Shown: positions 19,093-29,868, counted from the first letter of the stretch. The stretch is 64,000 nt of DNA from Candidatus Poribacteria bacterium (GCA_963665845.2 OY762492.1:3680001-3744000), one strand, 5' to 3'. Made by a program: numbers and translations. The notes: generated by a model from the letters alone, not told the origin.

Positions 19093-20958
19093 ATGTATAT
19101 GAAACGGAGCCTTTATTCGCTGTGCGCCTGCGTTTTGACGCTGCGCGCGTTCGCGGCGGCGCCTTCAGATTATATCTCGCAGCTTGGTCTGCCTGAAGGC
19201 GCCAAGATGCGCATCGGCAGGGGAAGCGTCCAATCGCTCGCCTATTCGCCGGACGGCAAGCGGCTTGCCGCAGCCGGCAGCGTCGGCGTCTGGATATACG
19301 ACGCGCTCTTCGGCGGAGAGATCGCGCTGCTTCGAGGACATACCGATCCCGTCAATTCAGCAGCGTATTCACCCGAAGGAGAGCGCATCGTCAGCGCCAG
19401 CGAAGACTGGACGGTTCGGATATGGGACGCGGAGACCGAAGCCCATCTCAATACGCTCAAAGGACATACAGAATCGATTAACTCGGCGGCGTATTCTCCC
19501 GACGGGAAACGCATCGTCAGCGCCAGCGCCGATCAAACGATTCGCATATGGGATGCGGAAACAGGGGCGCTTCTCAACACGCTCAAAGGACATACAGCCT
19601 CGGTCCGTTCGGCGGCGTATTCGCCGGACGGCAAGCGCATCGTCAGCGCCAGCGGCGACAAGACGGTTCGCGTCTGGGACGCGGAGACCGGCGACCTGCT
19701 CAAAACCTTGGAAGAACATACAAGAGGTGTTCTTTCGGCGCGCTATTCGCCGGACGGCAAGAAAATCGCAAGCGCAGGCTCTGCCATTCGCGTCTGGGAC
19801 GCGGAGACCGGCGCGCTTCTCCATACGCTTTCCGGTAGAGGCGCGACCGGCGGGTTGGCGTATTCGCCGGACGGCAGGTACCTTGCCAGAGGAAATATGT
19901 ATGACGATCTGCTGCTGTGGGACGCCGCTCACGGCGCGCCTCTTGAGCCGATGTTTAAACGCGCCCCTAGAAGCGGAGCCAGTACGCTCGCGTTTTCGCC
20001 GGACGGACATAACATTGCCGGCGCGGATAGAGAAGGCCCGATTCACATTAGGAACATCGAGATTCGCGCCCAGGTCCGCGCATTTGAGGGGCATACCGAT
20101 TTCCACCCCCGCGCCGCCGCTTTATCGCCGGACGGCAAGCGCATCGCCGCGGCAAATCGATTCGACCGCTTCGTTGACATATACGGCGCCGCCGACGGGG
20201 CGCTTCTCCATACATACAGCGCGAGCTCTCGTGTGACCTGTTTGGGCTATTCGCCGGACGGCAAGCGCCTTTTCATCGGAAGTATGGGTAATTCCTTTGG
20301 CGTTTGGGACGCCGAGAAAAAAACGCAGCTCCATAGGTTCATTGGACATTCCAGCATGATCGTCTCCGCGGCGTTTTCGCCGGACAACAAGCGCATCGCC
20401 AGCGCGAGTTGGGATAGAACGGTTATCATCTGGAATGCGGAAACAGGCGCCCTTCTCCATAGGCTTAAAGGACATATCTCCCCGGTCAATTGGGTTTCCT
20501 ATTCGCCGGACGGCAAACGCGTCGTCAGCGCAGGCCTCGACAATACGACTCGCATTTGGGACGCGGAAACCGGCGCGCCGCTCCATACGCTTGAAGGGGG
20601 CAGATCTGAACTCCATTCGGTTTCCTATTCGCCGGACGGCAAACGCGTCGTCAGCGCTGACAGCGATGGAAAGGCGGTCATATTGGACGCCGAGACATGG
20701 GCTGCCATCAAAAAGATCGACGGGGATGATTATGGAAGAATCTTATGCGCGGCATATTCTCCAGACGGCAAGATGATCGCGACAGGGGGCTGGGATAGAA
20801 TCGTACGCGTCTGGAACTCCGAAACCGGCGCCCTTCTCAAAAAGCTTGAAGGGCATACAGGCTATATCGGTTGGACCGCGTTTTTACAGGACGGAAAGAC
20901 GCTCGCCTCATCAGGTTTTGACGGCGTCGTCCTCCTTTGGGACATCTCCGACCTCTAG
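19093..20958 (+). CDS. Secreted WD40-repeat protein
   Basis: Signal peptide; about 14 repeats of 42 aa of type GHT..V.SAAYSPDGKRIVSAS.D.TVRIWDAETG. Confidence 0.93.
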   Translation: MYMKRSLYSLCACVLTLRAFAAAPSDYISQLGLPEGAKMRIGRGSVQSLAYSPDGKRLAAAGSVGVWIYDALFGGEIALLRGHTDPVNSAAYSPEGERIVSASEDWTVRIWDAETEAHLNTLKGHTESINSAAYSPDGKRIVSASADQTIRIWDAETGALLNTLKGHTASVRSAAYSPDGKRIVSASGDKTVRVWDAETGDLLKTLEEHTRGVLSARYSPDGKKIASAGSAIRVWDAETGALLHTLSGRGATGGLAYSPDGRYLARGNMYDDLLLWDAAHGAPLEPMFKRAPRSGASTLAFSPDGHNIAGADREGPIHIRNIEIRAQVRAFEGHTDFHPRAAALSPDGKRIAAANRFDRFVDIYGAADGALLHTYSASSRVTCLGYSPDGKRLFIGSMGNSFGVWDAEKKTQLHRFIGHSSMIVSAAFSPDNKRIASASWDRTVIIWNAETGALLHRLKGHISPVNWVSYSPDGKRVVSAGLDNTTRIWDAETGAPLHTLEGGRSELHSVSYSPDGKRVVSADSDGKAVILDAETWAAIKKIDGDDYGRILCAAYSPDGKMIATGGWDRIVRVWNSETGALLKKLEGHTGYIGWTAFLQDGKTLASSGFDGVVLLWDISDL

Positions 20959-20971
20959 GCGGAAGCGGCGC

Positions 20972-22825
20972 ATGAACAACCTCCGCGGCGCAAAACGATT
21001 TCTTCTTTTTCTATGCGCTTGCTTTTTCATGTGCGCCGCTCTTGAGGCTAGGTCGCCGCCGCTCATCTCGCAGCTGGGGCTTCCCGACGGCGTCAAGCTG
21101 CGCATCGGCAGGGGAAGCGTCCAATCGCTCGCCTATTCCCCGGACGGCAAGAGGCTCGCCGTAGCAAGCAGCATCGGCGTCTGGATCTACGACGCGCTCT
21201 ACGGCGGAGAGATCGCGCTGCTTCAAGGGCATACGCGCCAGGTCAATTCGGCGTCCTATTCTCCAGACGGCAAGCGCATCGTCAGCGCAGGCAACGACGG
21301 CGCCGTGCGCGTCTGGGACGCGGAGACCGAAGCTCTTCTCAATACGCTTGAAGGACATATATCGTTCGTCAATTCGGCGTCCTATTCGCCGGACGGGAAG
21401 CGCATCGTCAGCGCAGGATACGACGGCGCCGTGCGCGTCTGGGACGCGGAAACAGGCTCTCTTCTCCATACGCTTAAAGGACATAGGTATTCTGTCAATT
21501 CAGCGTCCTATTCTCCGGACGGGAAGCGCATCGTCAGCGCAAGCGGCAACAGAACCGTTCGAGTATGGGACGCGGAGACCGGCGCCTTCATCAAAGCGCT
21601 GGAAGGCCATACAGGGAGCGTCGAAACGGCAGTGTATTCACCAGACGGCAAGCGAATTGCAACCGCAAGCAGCGACGGAACTGCGCGCATCTGGGACAGC
21701 GATACTGGCGCCTGGCTCAACACGCTTGAGATGGAATCGGATAGAGGAATCATGTTGGCGTATTCGCCGGACGGCAGGCATCTTGCGGGCGGAAATGGGT
21801 ACATGCTGCAGTTGTGGAACGCCGCCTACGGCTCGCCTCTTCAGCCGATTTTCAGAAGCGCTAGCAACTCCGCAGCCAGTTCGTTCGCGTTTTCGCCGGA
21901 CGGCCATAGCGTTGCCGCCGCTGGTCTCGGCGGTCCAATTTACATTTGGAACATCAAGTTTCGCGCCCGCGTCCGCGCGTTTGAGGGGCATACCAACTTC
22001 GGCGCGGTCGCATTGTCGCCGGACAACAAGCATGTGGTCGCGGCGGACCCAATGCGTACCTTCATTTGTATATACGATGTCAGCGCCGGCGCGCTTCTCG
22101 AAGCATACAATATGCGCCGCGCGGTTTCGCTAAACTATTCGCCGAACGGCAGGCGTCTCGTCATCGGGTACCGCGACAGGACGGTTCGAATATGGGAAGA
22201 CACAAAGCAGCTCTATAAGCTTAAAGGTCATACGATTCGCGTCAGTTCGGCGTCCTATTCTCCGGACGGGAAGCGCATCGCCAGCGCAAGTTGGGATAAA
22301 ACCGTTCGCGTTTGGGACGCCGAAACCGGCGCGCTGATCCACACGCTTAAAGGACATAAGTATGCCGTCCATTCGGCCTCCTATTCGCCGGACAGCAGGC
22401 GCATCGCCAGCGCCGGCGCCGACGGAACGGTTCGCATATGGGACGCGGAAACAGGCGCGCCGCTCCATACGCTTACAGGGCATTGGACAGAGATTCATTC
22501 GGTTTCCTATTCGCCGAACGGCAAGCGCATCGTCAGCGCTGACCGCTATGGAAAGACGATCATCTGGGACGCCGAAACAGGAGCCCGTCTCCGTACGCTC
22601 AAGGGGCGCTTCTGGGCGGCGTATTCCCCAGACGGAAAGATGATTGTGAGCGGAGCCATGGATACAACCGTATGCGTCTGGGACGCCGAAACCGGCGCCC
22701 TTCTCAAGAAGCTCGAAGGGCATACGGAACATATCAATTGGGCGGCGTTTCTACAGGACGGAAAGACGCTCGCTTCATCAGGCTTTGACGGTACCATCCT
22801 TTTTTGGGACATCTCCGACCTCTAG
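20972..22825 (+). CDS. Secreted WD40-repeat protein, tandem paralog of 19093-20958
   Basis: Same ISQLGLP.G.K.RIGRGSVQSLAYSPDGKRLA start of the mature region and the same FLQDGKTLASSGFDG....WDISDL end. Confidence 0.93.
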   Translation: MNNLRGAKRFLLFLCACFFMCAALEARSPPLISQLGLPDGVKLRIGRGSVQSLAYSPDGKRLAVASSIGVWIYDALYGGEIALLQGHTRQVNSASYSPDGKRIVSAGNDGAVRVWDAETEALLNTLEGHISFVNSASYSPDGKRIVSAGYDGAVRVWDAETGSLLHTLKGHRYSVNSASYSPDGKRIVSASGNRTVRVWDAETGAFIKALEGHTGSVETAVYSPDGKRIATASSDGTARIWDSDTGAWLNTLEMESDRGIMLAYSPDGRHLAGGNGYMLQLWNAAYGSPLQPIFRSASNSAASSFAFSPDGHSVAAAGLGGPIYIWNIKFRARVRAFEGHTNFGAVALSPDNKHVVAADPMRTFICIYDVSAGALLEAYNMRRAVSLNYSPNGRRLVIGYRDRTVRIWEDTKQLYKLKGHTIRVSSASYSPDGKRIASASWDKTVRVWDAETGALIHTLKGHKYAVHSASYSPDSRRIASAGADGTVRIWDAETGAPLHTLTGHWTEIHSVSYSPNGKRIVSADRYGKTIIWDAETGARLRTLKGRFWAAYSPDGKMIVSGAMDTTVCVWDAETGALLKKLEGHTEHINWAAFLQDGKTLASSGFDGTILFWDISDL

Positions 22826-22859
22826 CTCTATGATCCCGCTTTGCCCATACCGCATTTCT

Positions 22860-23365
22860 CCCCAGCGATAAACGCGCGGGAATCTTAGACGGCGCCGCAG
22901 TTATTGTCTGAACTAGGATTGACATGATTAAAAGATTGCCAAGAGAACTGCCGAAAACGATGCGCCGCCCTTGACATGCCGCTTTCCAGCGCGTCATTCC
23001 CGCGCAAGCGGGAATCCAGAGGATTCGCCGAAACCGCCCGCATCCCCGGCCGTCATTCCCGCGTAAGCGGGAATCCAGAGTCGCCGCGGACGCTGTCCGC
23101 GCCCGCGGAAACCCCCTTGCCCCCCTTACAAAGGGGGAGTTATGAAAGCCCCCTTGAAAAGGGGGTTTGGGGGGGTTTCGGCGCCATAGAAACCGTCCGC
23201 GTTCATCCCAAGCGTCCGGCGGCTCAAATCGTTCCCCGCTTCCGCGAGGACATGCATTCCTGCGCAAGCGGGAATCTTAGCCATTGTCTGAACTAGGATT
23301 GCCAAGAAAATTTCCGCGATCCGCTCTCTTGGCAATCTTACTAATCCTTCCATCCTAGTTCAAAA
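22860..23365. repeat. Large composite repeat cluster
   Basis: Three to four dRS3-like palindromes, CCCCCTT...AAGGGGG hairpins and two TGAACTAGGAT-family elements. Confidence 0.8.
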
Positions 23366-23373
23366 CCATGCGC

Positions 23374-23402
23374 TTGACATTCCGCCCCCCGCGCCGTATA
23401 TT
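23374..23402 (+). promoter_or_regulatory. Putative sigma70 promoter
   Basis: TTGACA-17 bp-TATATT upstream of the PhyH gene. Confidence 0.6.
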
Positions 23403-23430
23403 GAACCGACCTAGGATGCGGAGCGGACGA

Positions 23431-24237
23431 ATGAAATCGATGCCGACAGCGGAATTGAATGTGGACGTAACAGAGGAGCAGATACGGTTTTTTCAGGAGA
23501 ACGGCTACCTGAGCATAGACCGCATCTCGCCGGACGAGGAGGTGGAATGGCTGCGGGGGATCTACGACGACCTGTTTGAGAGCCGCGCGGGCGAGGAACA
23601 GGGCGCCTACTTTGATCTGGGCGGGCCGCGCGCGCATCAAGGGCGGGAGGTTCTGCCGCAGGCGCTGGGTCCGGAGCGGGTCTATCCTCAACTGCGCGAG
23701 ACGAACACCTTTCGAAACGGGCGGAAACTCGCCGCCAAACTGCTCGGCGTTCCGCTCGAACAGGTGAACGGCGGCGGGCATATGATCTTGAAGCCCGCCG
23801 AGTACGGACGCGAAACGCCATGGCATCAGGACGAGGCGTACTGGAACCCTGCGGCGCTGCATCATGGCTTGAGCGTCTGGACGCCGCTGGACGAGGCGTC
23901 GCTGGAATCGGGCTGCATGCAGTTCATACCGCGCTCGCATTTGACCGAGGAGGTGCTGGTTCATCGGCATATCGACAACGACCCGCTGACGCATGGGCTG
24001 GTGACGGACGAGGCGGAGGCGTCGTTGGCGGAGGCGTGTCCGCTGCGTCCCGGCGGCGCGACGTTTCATCATTGCCGGACGCTGCATTACGCGGGACCGA
24101 ATCGGACGGAAGCGGCGCGTCGGGCGTATATCAATGTGTTCAATGCGCCGCCGAAGAAGCGCGCCGTCCCCGACCATCGCCCATGGCTCTTGGAAGAGCA
24201 GGAGGCGTTGAAAAAGCTGTCTTCTTTGGCGCGTTGA
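23431..24237 (+). CDS. Phytanoyl-CoA dioxygenase (PhyH) family protein
   Basis: FFQENGYL, TPWHQDEAYW, GCMQFIPRSH, GGATFHHCRTLHYAGPN. Start is 23431 or 23440. Confidence 0.92.
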   Translation: MKSMPTAELNVDVTEEQIRFFQENGYLSIDRISPDEEVEWLRGIYDDLFESRAGEEQGAYFDLGGPRAHQGREVLPQALGPERVYPQLRETNTFRNGRKLAAKLLGVPLEQVNGGGHMILKPAEYGRETPWHQDEAYWNPAALHHGLSVWTPLDEASLESGCMQFIPRSHLTEEVLVHRHIDNDPLTHGLVTDEAEASLAEACPLRPGGATFHHCRTLHYAGPNRTEAARRAYINVFNAPPKKRAVPDHRPWLLEEQEALKKLSSLAR

Positions 24238-24286
24238 CAGGTTCGTCTGCATGATGTTTCAACTTTATGCATGCGGTCGGCAAATC

Positions 24287-26002
24287 TTAAGAAACGGAGC
24301 GGGAGCGGCTGAACGGAAACTGAAACGGACTGGAACGGTGCCATATCTCATCCAGCGAAGGCGGATACGGCTCTTCCAGCAGACTCCCTTCCTCCACAAA
24401 ATCGAACAACTCGGCGTAAGATTTCACCTCCGACGGTCCTACGTTGCGGCATATATGCCTCGGCGTAATCTCCTCCGGGCTGGACATCCCGGCGGCGCCG
24501 AGCAGCTCAAGGACGCTGTGAACCGTCGCGCGGTGGTAATTCGCCGCCCGATGCGCCTTGTTGGTCGGATCCAGCGCTTTATACAGCCCTGGGTTCTGCG
24601 TCGCCACGCCGACGGGGCAATGGTTCGTGTTGCATTTCAACGCCTGAATGCAGCCGATGGCAAACATCATTCCGCGCGCCGAGTTGCATAAATCCGCCCC
24701 CAGCGCGATCTTCGACACGATATGAAAACCTGTAACGACGCGCCCCGCCGCAATCAAGCGCGTTTTGCCGCGCAAACCGGCGCCGGTCAAGCCGTTCTGC
24801 GCCAGCAGCAAGCCCATGTTGAGCGGCATTCCGACGGAGCTGGAAAACTCATGCGGCGCCGCTCCCGTGCCGCCCTCCGCTCCGTCAACGGCGATGAAGT
24901 CGGGCGAAATCTCCGTCTCCAGCATCGCCTTTACGACGCTCAAAAACTCGCTGCGGTGTCCGACGCACAGCTTGAACCCGACAGGCTTTCCGCCTGACAA
25001 ACGGCGCAGCTGGTCGATGAACTCCAGCATGCCGATCGGGGTGTCAAAAGCGGTATGCGCCGGCGGCGACAGAACGTCTCGACCCATCGGAACGCCGCGT
25101 ATTGACGCAATCTCCTTCGTCAACTTCGCCGCGGGAAGAATGCCGCCATGCCCCGGCTTCGCCCCCTGCGACAATTTCAGCTCGATCATCTTGACAGCGG
25201 GATGCGCCGCCTGGTCGCGGAACCTGTCGGGGCAGAAATCGCCGTTCGGCGCTCGGCACCCAAAATAGCCGGTGCCGATCTGCCAGACAAGATCGCCGCC
25301 GCCTTCCAGGTGGTAAGGGCTGACGCCGCCTTCGCCCGTGTTATGAAAAAAGCCGCCCATCTTTGCCGCGCGGCTCAACGCGAGAACCGCGTTCTTGCTG
25401 ATCGACCCGTAGCTCATAGCGGAGATATTGAACAGGGAGGCGGAGTAAGGCTGACTGCACTGGTCGTTTCCGATGAGAATGCGCGGCGGCTTCTTCGGCG
25501 GATCCACAGCGGCGATGGAATGGGTGATCCATTCATACCCGCCTTCGTACACATCCGCCTTGGCGCCGAAAGGGAGCGTGTCCAGTTGACCTTTGGCGCG
25601 CTGATAAACGAGCGACCGTTTTTCGCGGCTAAACGGCTTTTCTTCAGTGTCCGACTCGATGAAATACTGCCGTATCTCTGGACGAATCATCTCCAGCAGG
25701 TAGCGAAAATGTCCCAGGATGGGAAAGTTGCGCAGCGCCGTATGCTTTTTTTGAAACACATCCCAGACGCCGAGCGCAACGACCGGCAGCGCCACCGCGT
25801 AAAGCAGCAAAGCCCATCGGTTCCATAAGCCGAGCGCGCCGATGCCGACCATGAGCGCCGCCGACAGCGAAAACACAATCGGGCGCAGGCTTAGATGTAT
25901 CCGCAGCGGCGCCAGCGCCAGAAGAGCGATCAACCCCAAGACAAAAACCCCCGCCGAGACCGCCAACGCCACCGCGATGTAGTCGCCGACAAGTATTCGC
26001 AT
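24287..26002 (-). CDS. FMN-binding glutamate synthase family protein
   Basis: NFPILGHFRY, ISAMSYGS, NTGEGG, IELKLSQGAKPGHGG, DGAEGGTGAAP, CIQALKCNTNHCPVGVATQ. Confidence 0.93.
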   Translation of the reverse strand: MRILVGDYIAVALAVSAGVFVLGLIALLALAPLRIHLSLRPIVFSLSAALMVGIGALGLWNRWALLLYAVALPVVALGVWDVFQKKHTALRNFPILGHFRYLLEMIRPEIRQYFIESDTEEKPFSREKRSLVYQRAKGQLDTLPFGAKADVYEGGYEWITHSIAAVDPPKKPPRILIGNDQCSQPYSASLFNISAMSYGSISKNAVLALSRAAKMGGFFHNTGEGGVSPYHLEGGGDLVWQIGTGYFGCRAPNGDFCPDRFRDQAAHPAVKMIELKLSQGAKPGHGGILPAAKLTKEIASIRGVPMGRDVLSPPAHTAFDTPIGMLEFIDQLRRLSGGKPVGFKLCVGHRSEFLSVVKAMLETEISPDFIAVDGAEGGTGAAPHEFSSSVGMPLNMGLLLAQNGLTGAGLRGKTRLIAAGRVVTGFHIVSKIALGADLCNSARGMMFAIGCIQALKCNTNHCPVGVATQNPGLYKALDPTNKAHRAANYHRATVHSVLELLGAAGMSSPEEITPRHICRNVGPSEVKSYAELFDFVEEGSLLEEPYPPSLDEIWHRSSPFQFPFSRSRSVS

Positions 26003-26043
26003 AACGCGCCTCCTTCGCCTTTAACCAAACAAAACCGCCCGCC

Positions 26044-27531
26044 CTACGCGGAACGCCCGACCGACTCAACCTGCGCAAACAGCCGCTTCACCTCCGGCTT
26101 CATGACCTTCCCCATCGCGTTGCGCGGCAGCGCCTCAACGACAAGCAGGCGGGACGGTACCTTATAGACGGCAAGCCGCTCCTTCGCTAAGCTGCGCAGC
26201 GTCTGCAGATTCAGTTCGGCGCCGTTTTTCAAGACAGCCGCCGCGCCGACCCGTTCGCCCCACTCCTCGTCCGGCAAGCCGACGACGGCGCATTCCTGGA
26301 TCTGCGGCAGCTCCATCAGCGCGTTCTCCACCTCCAGCGCCGAGACCTTGTACCCGCCCGTTTTGACGATGTCGACCGAGCGGCGGCCGAGGATGCGGAA
26401 GCGTCCGCTTTCGTCTTGGACGGCGATGTCGCCCGTGCGGAACCAACCGTCATGGAACGCTTTTGCCGTCTCTTTCGGTCGATTCCAGTACTCCAAGAAA
26501 ACGGCTTCGCCGCGCGTTTCGATCTCTCCCCCCGGCGTCAGGCGCGCCTCCATGCCCGGAAGCGGGAAGCCGACCGTCCCTGGAAGCCGCGCGCCGCGAT
26601 ACGGGTTGGAGAGCGCCATGCCGAATTCGGTCATGCCGTACCGTTCCAGCAGCGCCTGTCCGGAAAGGGCGCGCCATTTTTCAAACAACGCGACCGGCAG
26701 CGCCGCCGAACCTGAAACCGCCAAGCGCAGATCCCCCGCCGCTTTAGACCAGACGGCGCGCTTCTCCGTCGGCGCCGCTTCCCATGCCTGTATCAAACGG
26801 GAATAGATTGTCGGGACGCCCATGAAGATGGAGACGCCCCCCTCGGCGAGACGTTTCCAGACGGCGTCGGCGTCAAAACGCGGCAGGAACTCGCATGCCG
26901 CGCCCGAATAGAGCGCGCAGGTCAAGCCGTTCACAATGCCATGGATATGGTGAAGCGGCAGCGCGTGGAGCAGCCTGTCCGACGGCGACCATTCCCACGC
27001 TTTTATTAGACAGCGCGTTTGCGCCTCTAGGTTGCCATGCGTTGAGACGACGCCTTTCGGGCGTCCGGTCGTGCCGCTTGTGTAAAGAATCATAGCGCGC
27101 CGTTCGGGCGAAAGGCGGGGCAGATCGGCATGCGGCGCGTCCGTCAGAGGGGCGGTCAACAAGGGGAGGTTGATGTTTTGAGCGGCGCTGTTGAGACGCG
27201 CCGCTTCTTCAGCGCCGGCAATCAGCGCGGACGCCTGCGAATCGCGCGCCGCATACTCCAGCTCCGCCGGCGGATGCGTCAGCCCAAGCGGAACGGCGAC
27301 CCCGCCCGCCCGCCAGATTCCCCATTGAACCGCGGCATACAGGGCGCCGGGCGGACATAAAAAGGCGACGCGCCGCTCCGCTAGATCGGAACATTCAAAA
27401 AAACGAAGCAGAGAACGCGCCGCCGACGCCGAACGTTCCAGCAGCTCGGCGTAGGCAGTCTGTCCGTCCGCGTCTTTAATGGCAAGAGCGCCGGGCGGAA
27501 AGGCGGCGGCGTTTTCAAACAGACGGCTCAT
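26044..27531 (-). CDS. Acyl-CoA synthetase, malonyl-CoA synthetase-like
   Basis: YTSGTTGRPKG, LPLHHIHG, ERYGMTE, WFRTGD, LPRNAMGKV. Confidence 0.9.
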   Translation of the reverse strand: MSRLFENAAAFPPGALAIKDADGQTAYAELLERSASAARSLLRFFECSDLAERRVAFLCPPGALYAAVQWGIWRAGGVAVPLGLTHPPAELEYAARDSQASALIAGAEEAARLNSAAQNINLPLLTAPLTDAPHADLPRLSPERRAMILYTSGTTGRPKGVVSTHGNLEAQTRCLIKAWEWSPSDRLLHALPLHHIHGIVNGLTCALYSGAACEFLPRFDADAVWKRLAEGGVSIFMGVPTIYSRLIQAWEAAPTEKRAVWSKAAGDLRLAVSGSAALPVALFEKWRALSGQALLERYGMTEFGMALSNPYRGARLPGTVGFPLPGMEARLTPGGEIETRGEAVFLEYWNRPKETAKAFHDGWFRTGDIAVQDESGRFRILGRRSVDIVKTGGYKVSALEVENALMELPQIQECAVVGLPDEEWGERVGAAAVLKNGAELNLQTLRSLAKERLAVYKVPSRLLVVEALPRNAMGKVMKPEVKRLFAQVESVGRSA

Positions 27532-27535
27532 CGGG

Positions 27536-28735
27536 CTAATACCGGTGCATCGTCCCGTCGGAACGGCGGACGATGGGCATATAGGCGCGTTTGTAAGGAT
27601 ATTTGGCGGCTTCTTTTTCGTCGATGTCCATGCCGAGTCCGGGCTTCTCATGCGGGTAAGCGTAACCGTCTCTCCAGGCGCATGGCTCTCCGATCACACC
27701 GCGCAGCCTCTCATGTCCAGGGGCGTTGAAGTCAATCCACTCTTGAACGCCGAAGTTATGGATAGCGGTTTGGAGATGGAGCGAGGCGGCTTGCCCGACA
27801 GGTCCGATGTCCGCGGCGCCGTGGAACGCGGAGCGTATCTGCGCAGGTTCGGCGAGCGTCATGATCTTGCGCGCCTCGGTGATGCCGCCGACATGAATCG
27901 GCTTGATGCGTATGTAATCGATCAGCTGCTCTTGAAAAAGGCGGATGCAGTCCCACTTGGAGGTGAAGATTTCGCCGATGGCAAGCGGCGTCGTGGAAGC
28001 GGCGCGGACGACGCGGAAGCTCTCGTAATGCTCAGGCGGCAGCGCATCTTCTAAAAAGAAAAGGCGGTGCGGCTCCAGCTGTTTCGCCAGCCATGCGGCT
28101 TGAATCGGCGTCAGCTGTTCGTGTACATCATGGAGAAGTTCGACCGTATCGCCCAGCGCCTTGCGCAGATGTTCAAACAGCTTTGGAACCTCCGCGAGAT
28201 ACGGCGCGGGTTCAAAATAGGAGGCGCCGGGGACGCCTGGGCGGGGAGACGGCTCGCTGCGAACGTTGCCGCTTCCGCCGTAGGCTCCCATCTGCGCGCG
28301 GATGACGCGGTAGCCGCGCTCCTGAAAGGCGCGGACGCTGTCGGCAACCTGTTCGGGCGAGCTGCCGCCGGCGTGTCCGTAGGTCAGAACGCCGTCGCGC
28401 GATTTGCCGCCGAGGAGCTGGTAGACCGGCATATTCGCCGCCTTGCCTTTCAGATCCCACAGGGCGGTGTCGATGGCGCCGAGAGCCGCCATGAAGACCG
28501 GACCGCCGCGCCAGTAGCTCCAGTTGTAGATCAGCTGCCACAGGTCTTCGGTCTTGAGCGGGTCTTGTCCGATGAGCAGCTCGGCGGCATGCTGCGCGGC
28601 GGTTGCGACGGCAAGCTCGCTGCCGTTCAGCGTCCCTTCGCCGACGCCGTAGAGTCCGTCGTCTGCGACGATTTTGACGAACAGGTAGTTGCGCGTTGGA
28701 CATGTGAGTATGACGCGGACTTCTGCGATCTTCAT
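27536..28735 (-). CDS. Mandelate racemase/enolase family sugar-acid dehydratase (RspA/ManD-like)
   Basis: VILTCPTRN, GEGTLNG, YWRGGPV, ALWDLKGK, LHDVHE, FFLED, PGLGMDIDE, RRSDGT. Confidence 0.88.
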   Translation of the reverse strand: MKIAEVRVILTCPTRNYLFVKIVADDGLYGVGEGTLNGSELAVATAAQHAAELLIGQDPLKTEDLWQLIYNWSYWRGGPVFMAALGAIDTALWDLKGKAANMPVYQLLGGKSRDGVLTYGHAGGSSPEQVADSVRAFQERGYRVIRAQMGAYGGSGNVRSEPSPRPGVPGASYFEPAPYLAEVPKLFEHLRKALGDTVELLHDVHEQLTPIQAAWLAKQLEPHRLFFLEDALPPEHYESFRVVRAASTTPLAIGEIFTSKWDCIRLFQEQLIDYIRIKPIHVGGITEARKIMTLAEPAQIRSAFHGAADIGPVGQAASLHLQTAIHNFGVQEWIDFNAPGHERLRGVIGEPCAWRDGYAYPHEKPGLGMDIDEKEAAKYPYKRAYMPIVRRSDGTMHRY

Positions 28736-28851
28736 CGCGGCTCCCTTGCGCGCGGGTTGCTTTGCCGTTCGTTTTGTTAAAGGTAACGTAGCGTACAGCC
28801 GCCTCCCGCGCAACAGGCGGCTGCCTCTATAGACGGCGATGCGCGAAATAA

Positions 28852-29006
28852 CCGACCTTGTGTCTTTAGTTGGGGCATGCCGGCGGGCGGACGCGGACGG
28901 TTTCTGCCGCGCCTCTAGATTCGCGCGCATTACATTTTACCGCAAGGGCAAGGGCGGGGACGACCCCGTTTTCACGGGGGCAGGCTATGGGGCGCGGAAA
29001 TGACGA
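28852..29006. repeat. MITE-A arm with degenerate palindrome
   Basis: CCGACCTTGTGTCTTTAGTTGGGGCAT..GGACGCGGACGGTTTC..CTCTAGATT, same orientation as the 8449 copy. Confidence 0.7.
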
Positions 29007-29016
29007 CCTTGGGCGG

Positions 29017-29868
29017 CTAATTCATCGCCCGAATATGCTTGCGGAGGGGCGCCATCCCCGCCAGCATTCCGACAAGCGTCGCGCCCGCCGCCACGATTCC
29101 CATCTGCTCTGGCTCTAAAAACGATGTGAAGCCGACCGACTCTCCGTACTGCCAGTAAAGCCCGTACAAGAGCAGCAAGCCCAGCCCGCTCCCGAACAGC
29201 CCCTCCAGCAAACCCTGCAGCAGCAGCGGAATGCGGATATAGCCGTAGGTCGCGCCGAGGAGGCGCAGAATTGCGATCTCCTCCCGACGCGCGTAGACGG
29301 TCAGCATGATCGAAAACGCGATGACGACCATCGAAACGGCGGCAATCAAGCCGCCCAGCAGAAACGCGACCCGCTTCATCTTGTCCAGCTGCTCCATCGC
29401 CTCGTTTTCAAAGACCACATCCTCGACGCCTTCCAGCTGTTTCAGCTCCTTCACTATTTCGCGCATCGATTCGGCGTTTCGGTACTCCTCGCCGGCAAAC
29501 GCTTCAATCGCGACAGGGAACGGGTTTTCTTCAAACCCTTGGATCATCAGGGCGGTGTCGTTTCCGAACATCTCTTGGCTTCTCTTGAGAGCCTCGTCTT
29601 TCCAGACGATATGCGTTCGTTCGACCGATTCCATCGCCAGGATCGTCTTTTCCAGCTGCTGTATCTGCTCTTCGGAGAGTTCGTCCAGGATGAAGGCGGC
29701 GGCCCCCGCGTTCTCTTCAAACTGCGCCATGTCCGCATAAACGGCGTTCCGCACCAAATAGAGCGAACTGAAAAGCGCCGCGGTGAGCGCGACGATGACG
29801 ACCGCCAGCAGGCTCACGACGCCGCCATGGCGCACATTTAACAATGCCTCGCGGAAGAGCCGCATCAT
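29017..29868 (-). CDS. ftsX: Cell division ABC permease FtsX
   Basis: Four-TM architecture, ENPFP, ARREEIAILRLLGAT..YIRIPLLLQG; coupled to ftsE. Confidence 0.88.
   Translation of the reverse strand: MMRLFREALLNVRHGGVVSLLAVVIVALTAALFSSLYLVRNAVYADMAQFEENAGAAAFILDELSEEQIQQLEKTILAMESVERTHIVWKDEALKRSQEMFGNDTALMIQGFEENPFPVAIEAFAGEEYRNAESMREIVKELKQLEGVEDVVFENEAMEQLDKMKRVAFLLGGLIAAVSMVVIAFSIMLTVYARREEIAILRLLGATYGYIRIPLLLQGLLEGLFGSGLGLLLLYGLYWQYGESVGFTSFLEPEQMGIVAAGATLVGMLAGMAPLRKHIRAMN

Noticed and set aside
19093-22825. Diversity-generating retroelement acting on the WD40 genes
   Set aside because: No reverse transcriptase in the window and no template/variable pair with adenine-specific differences was seen.
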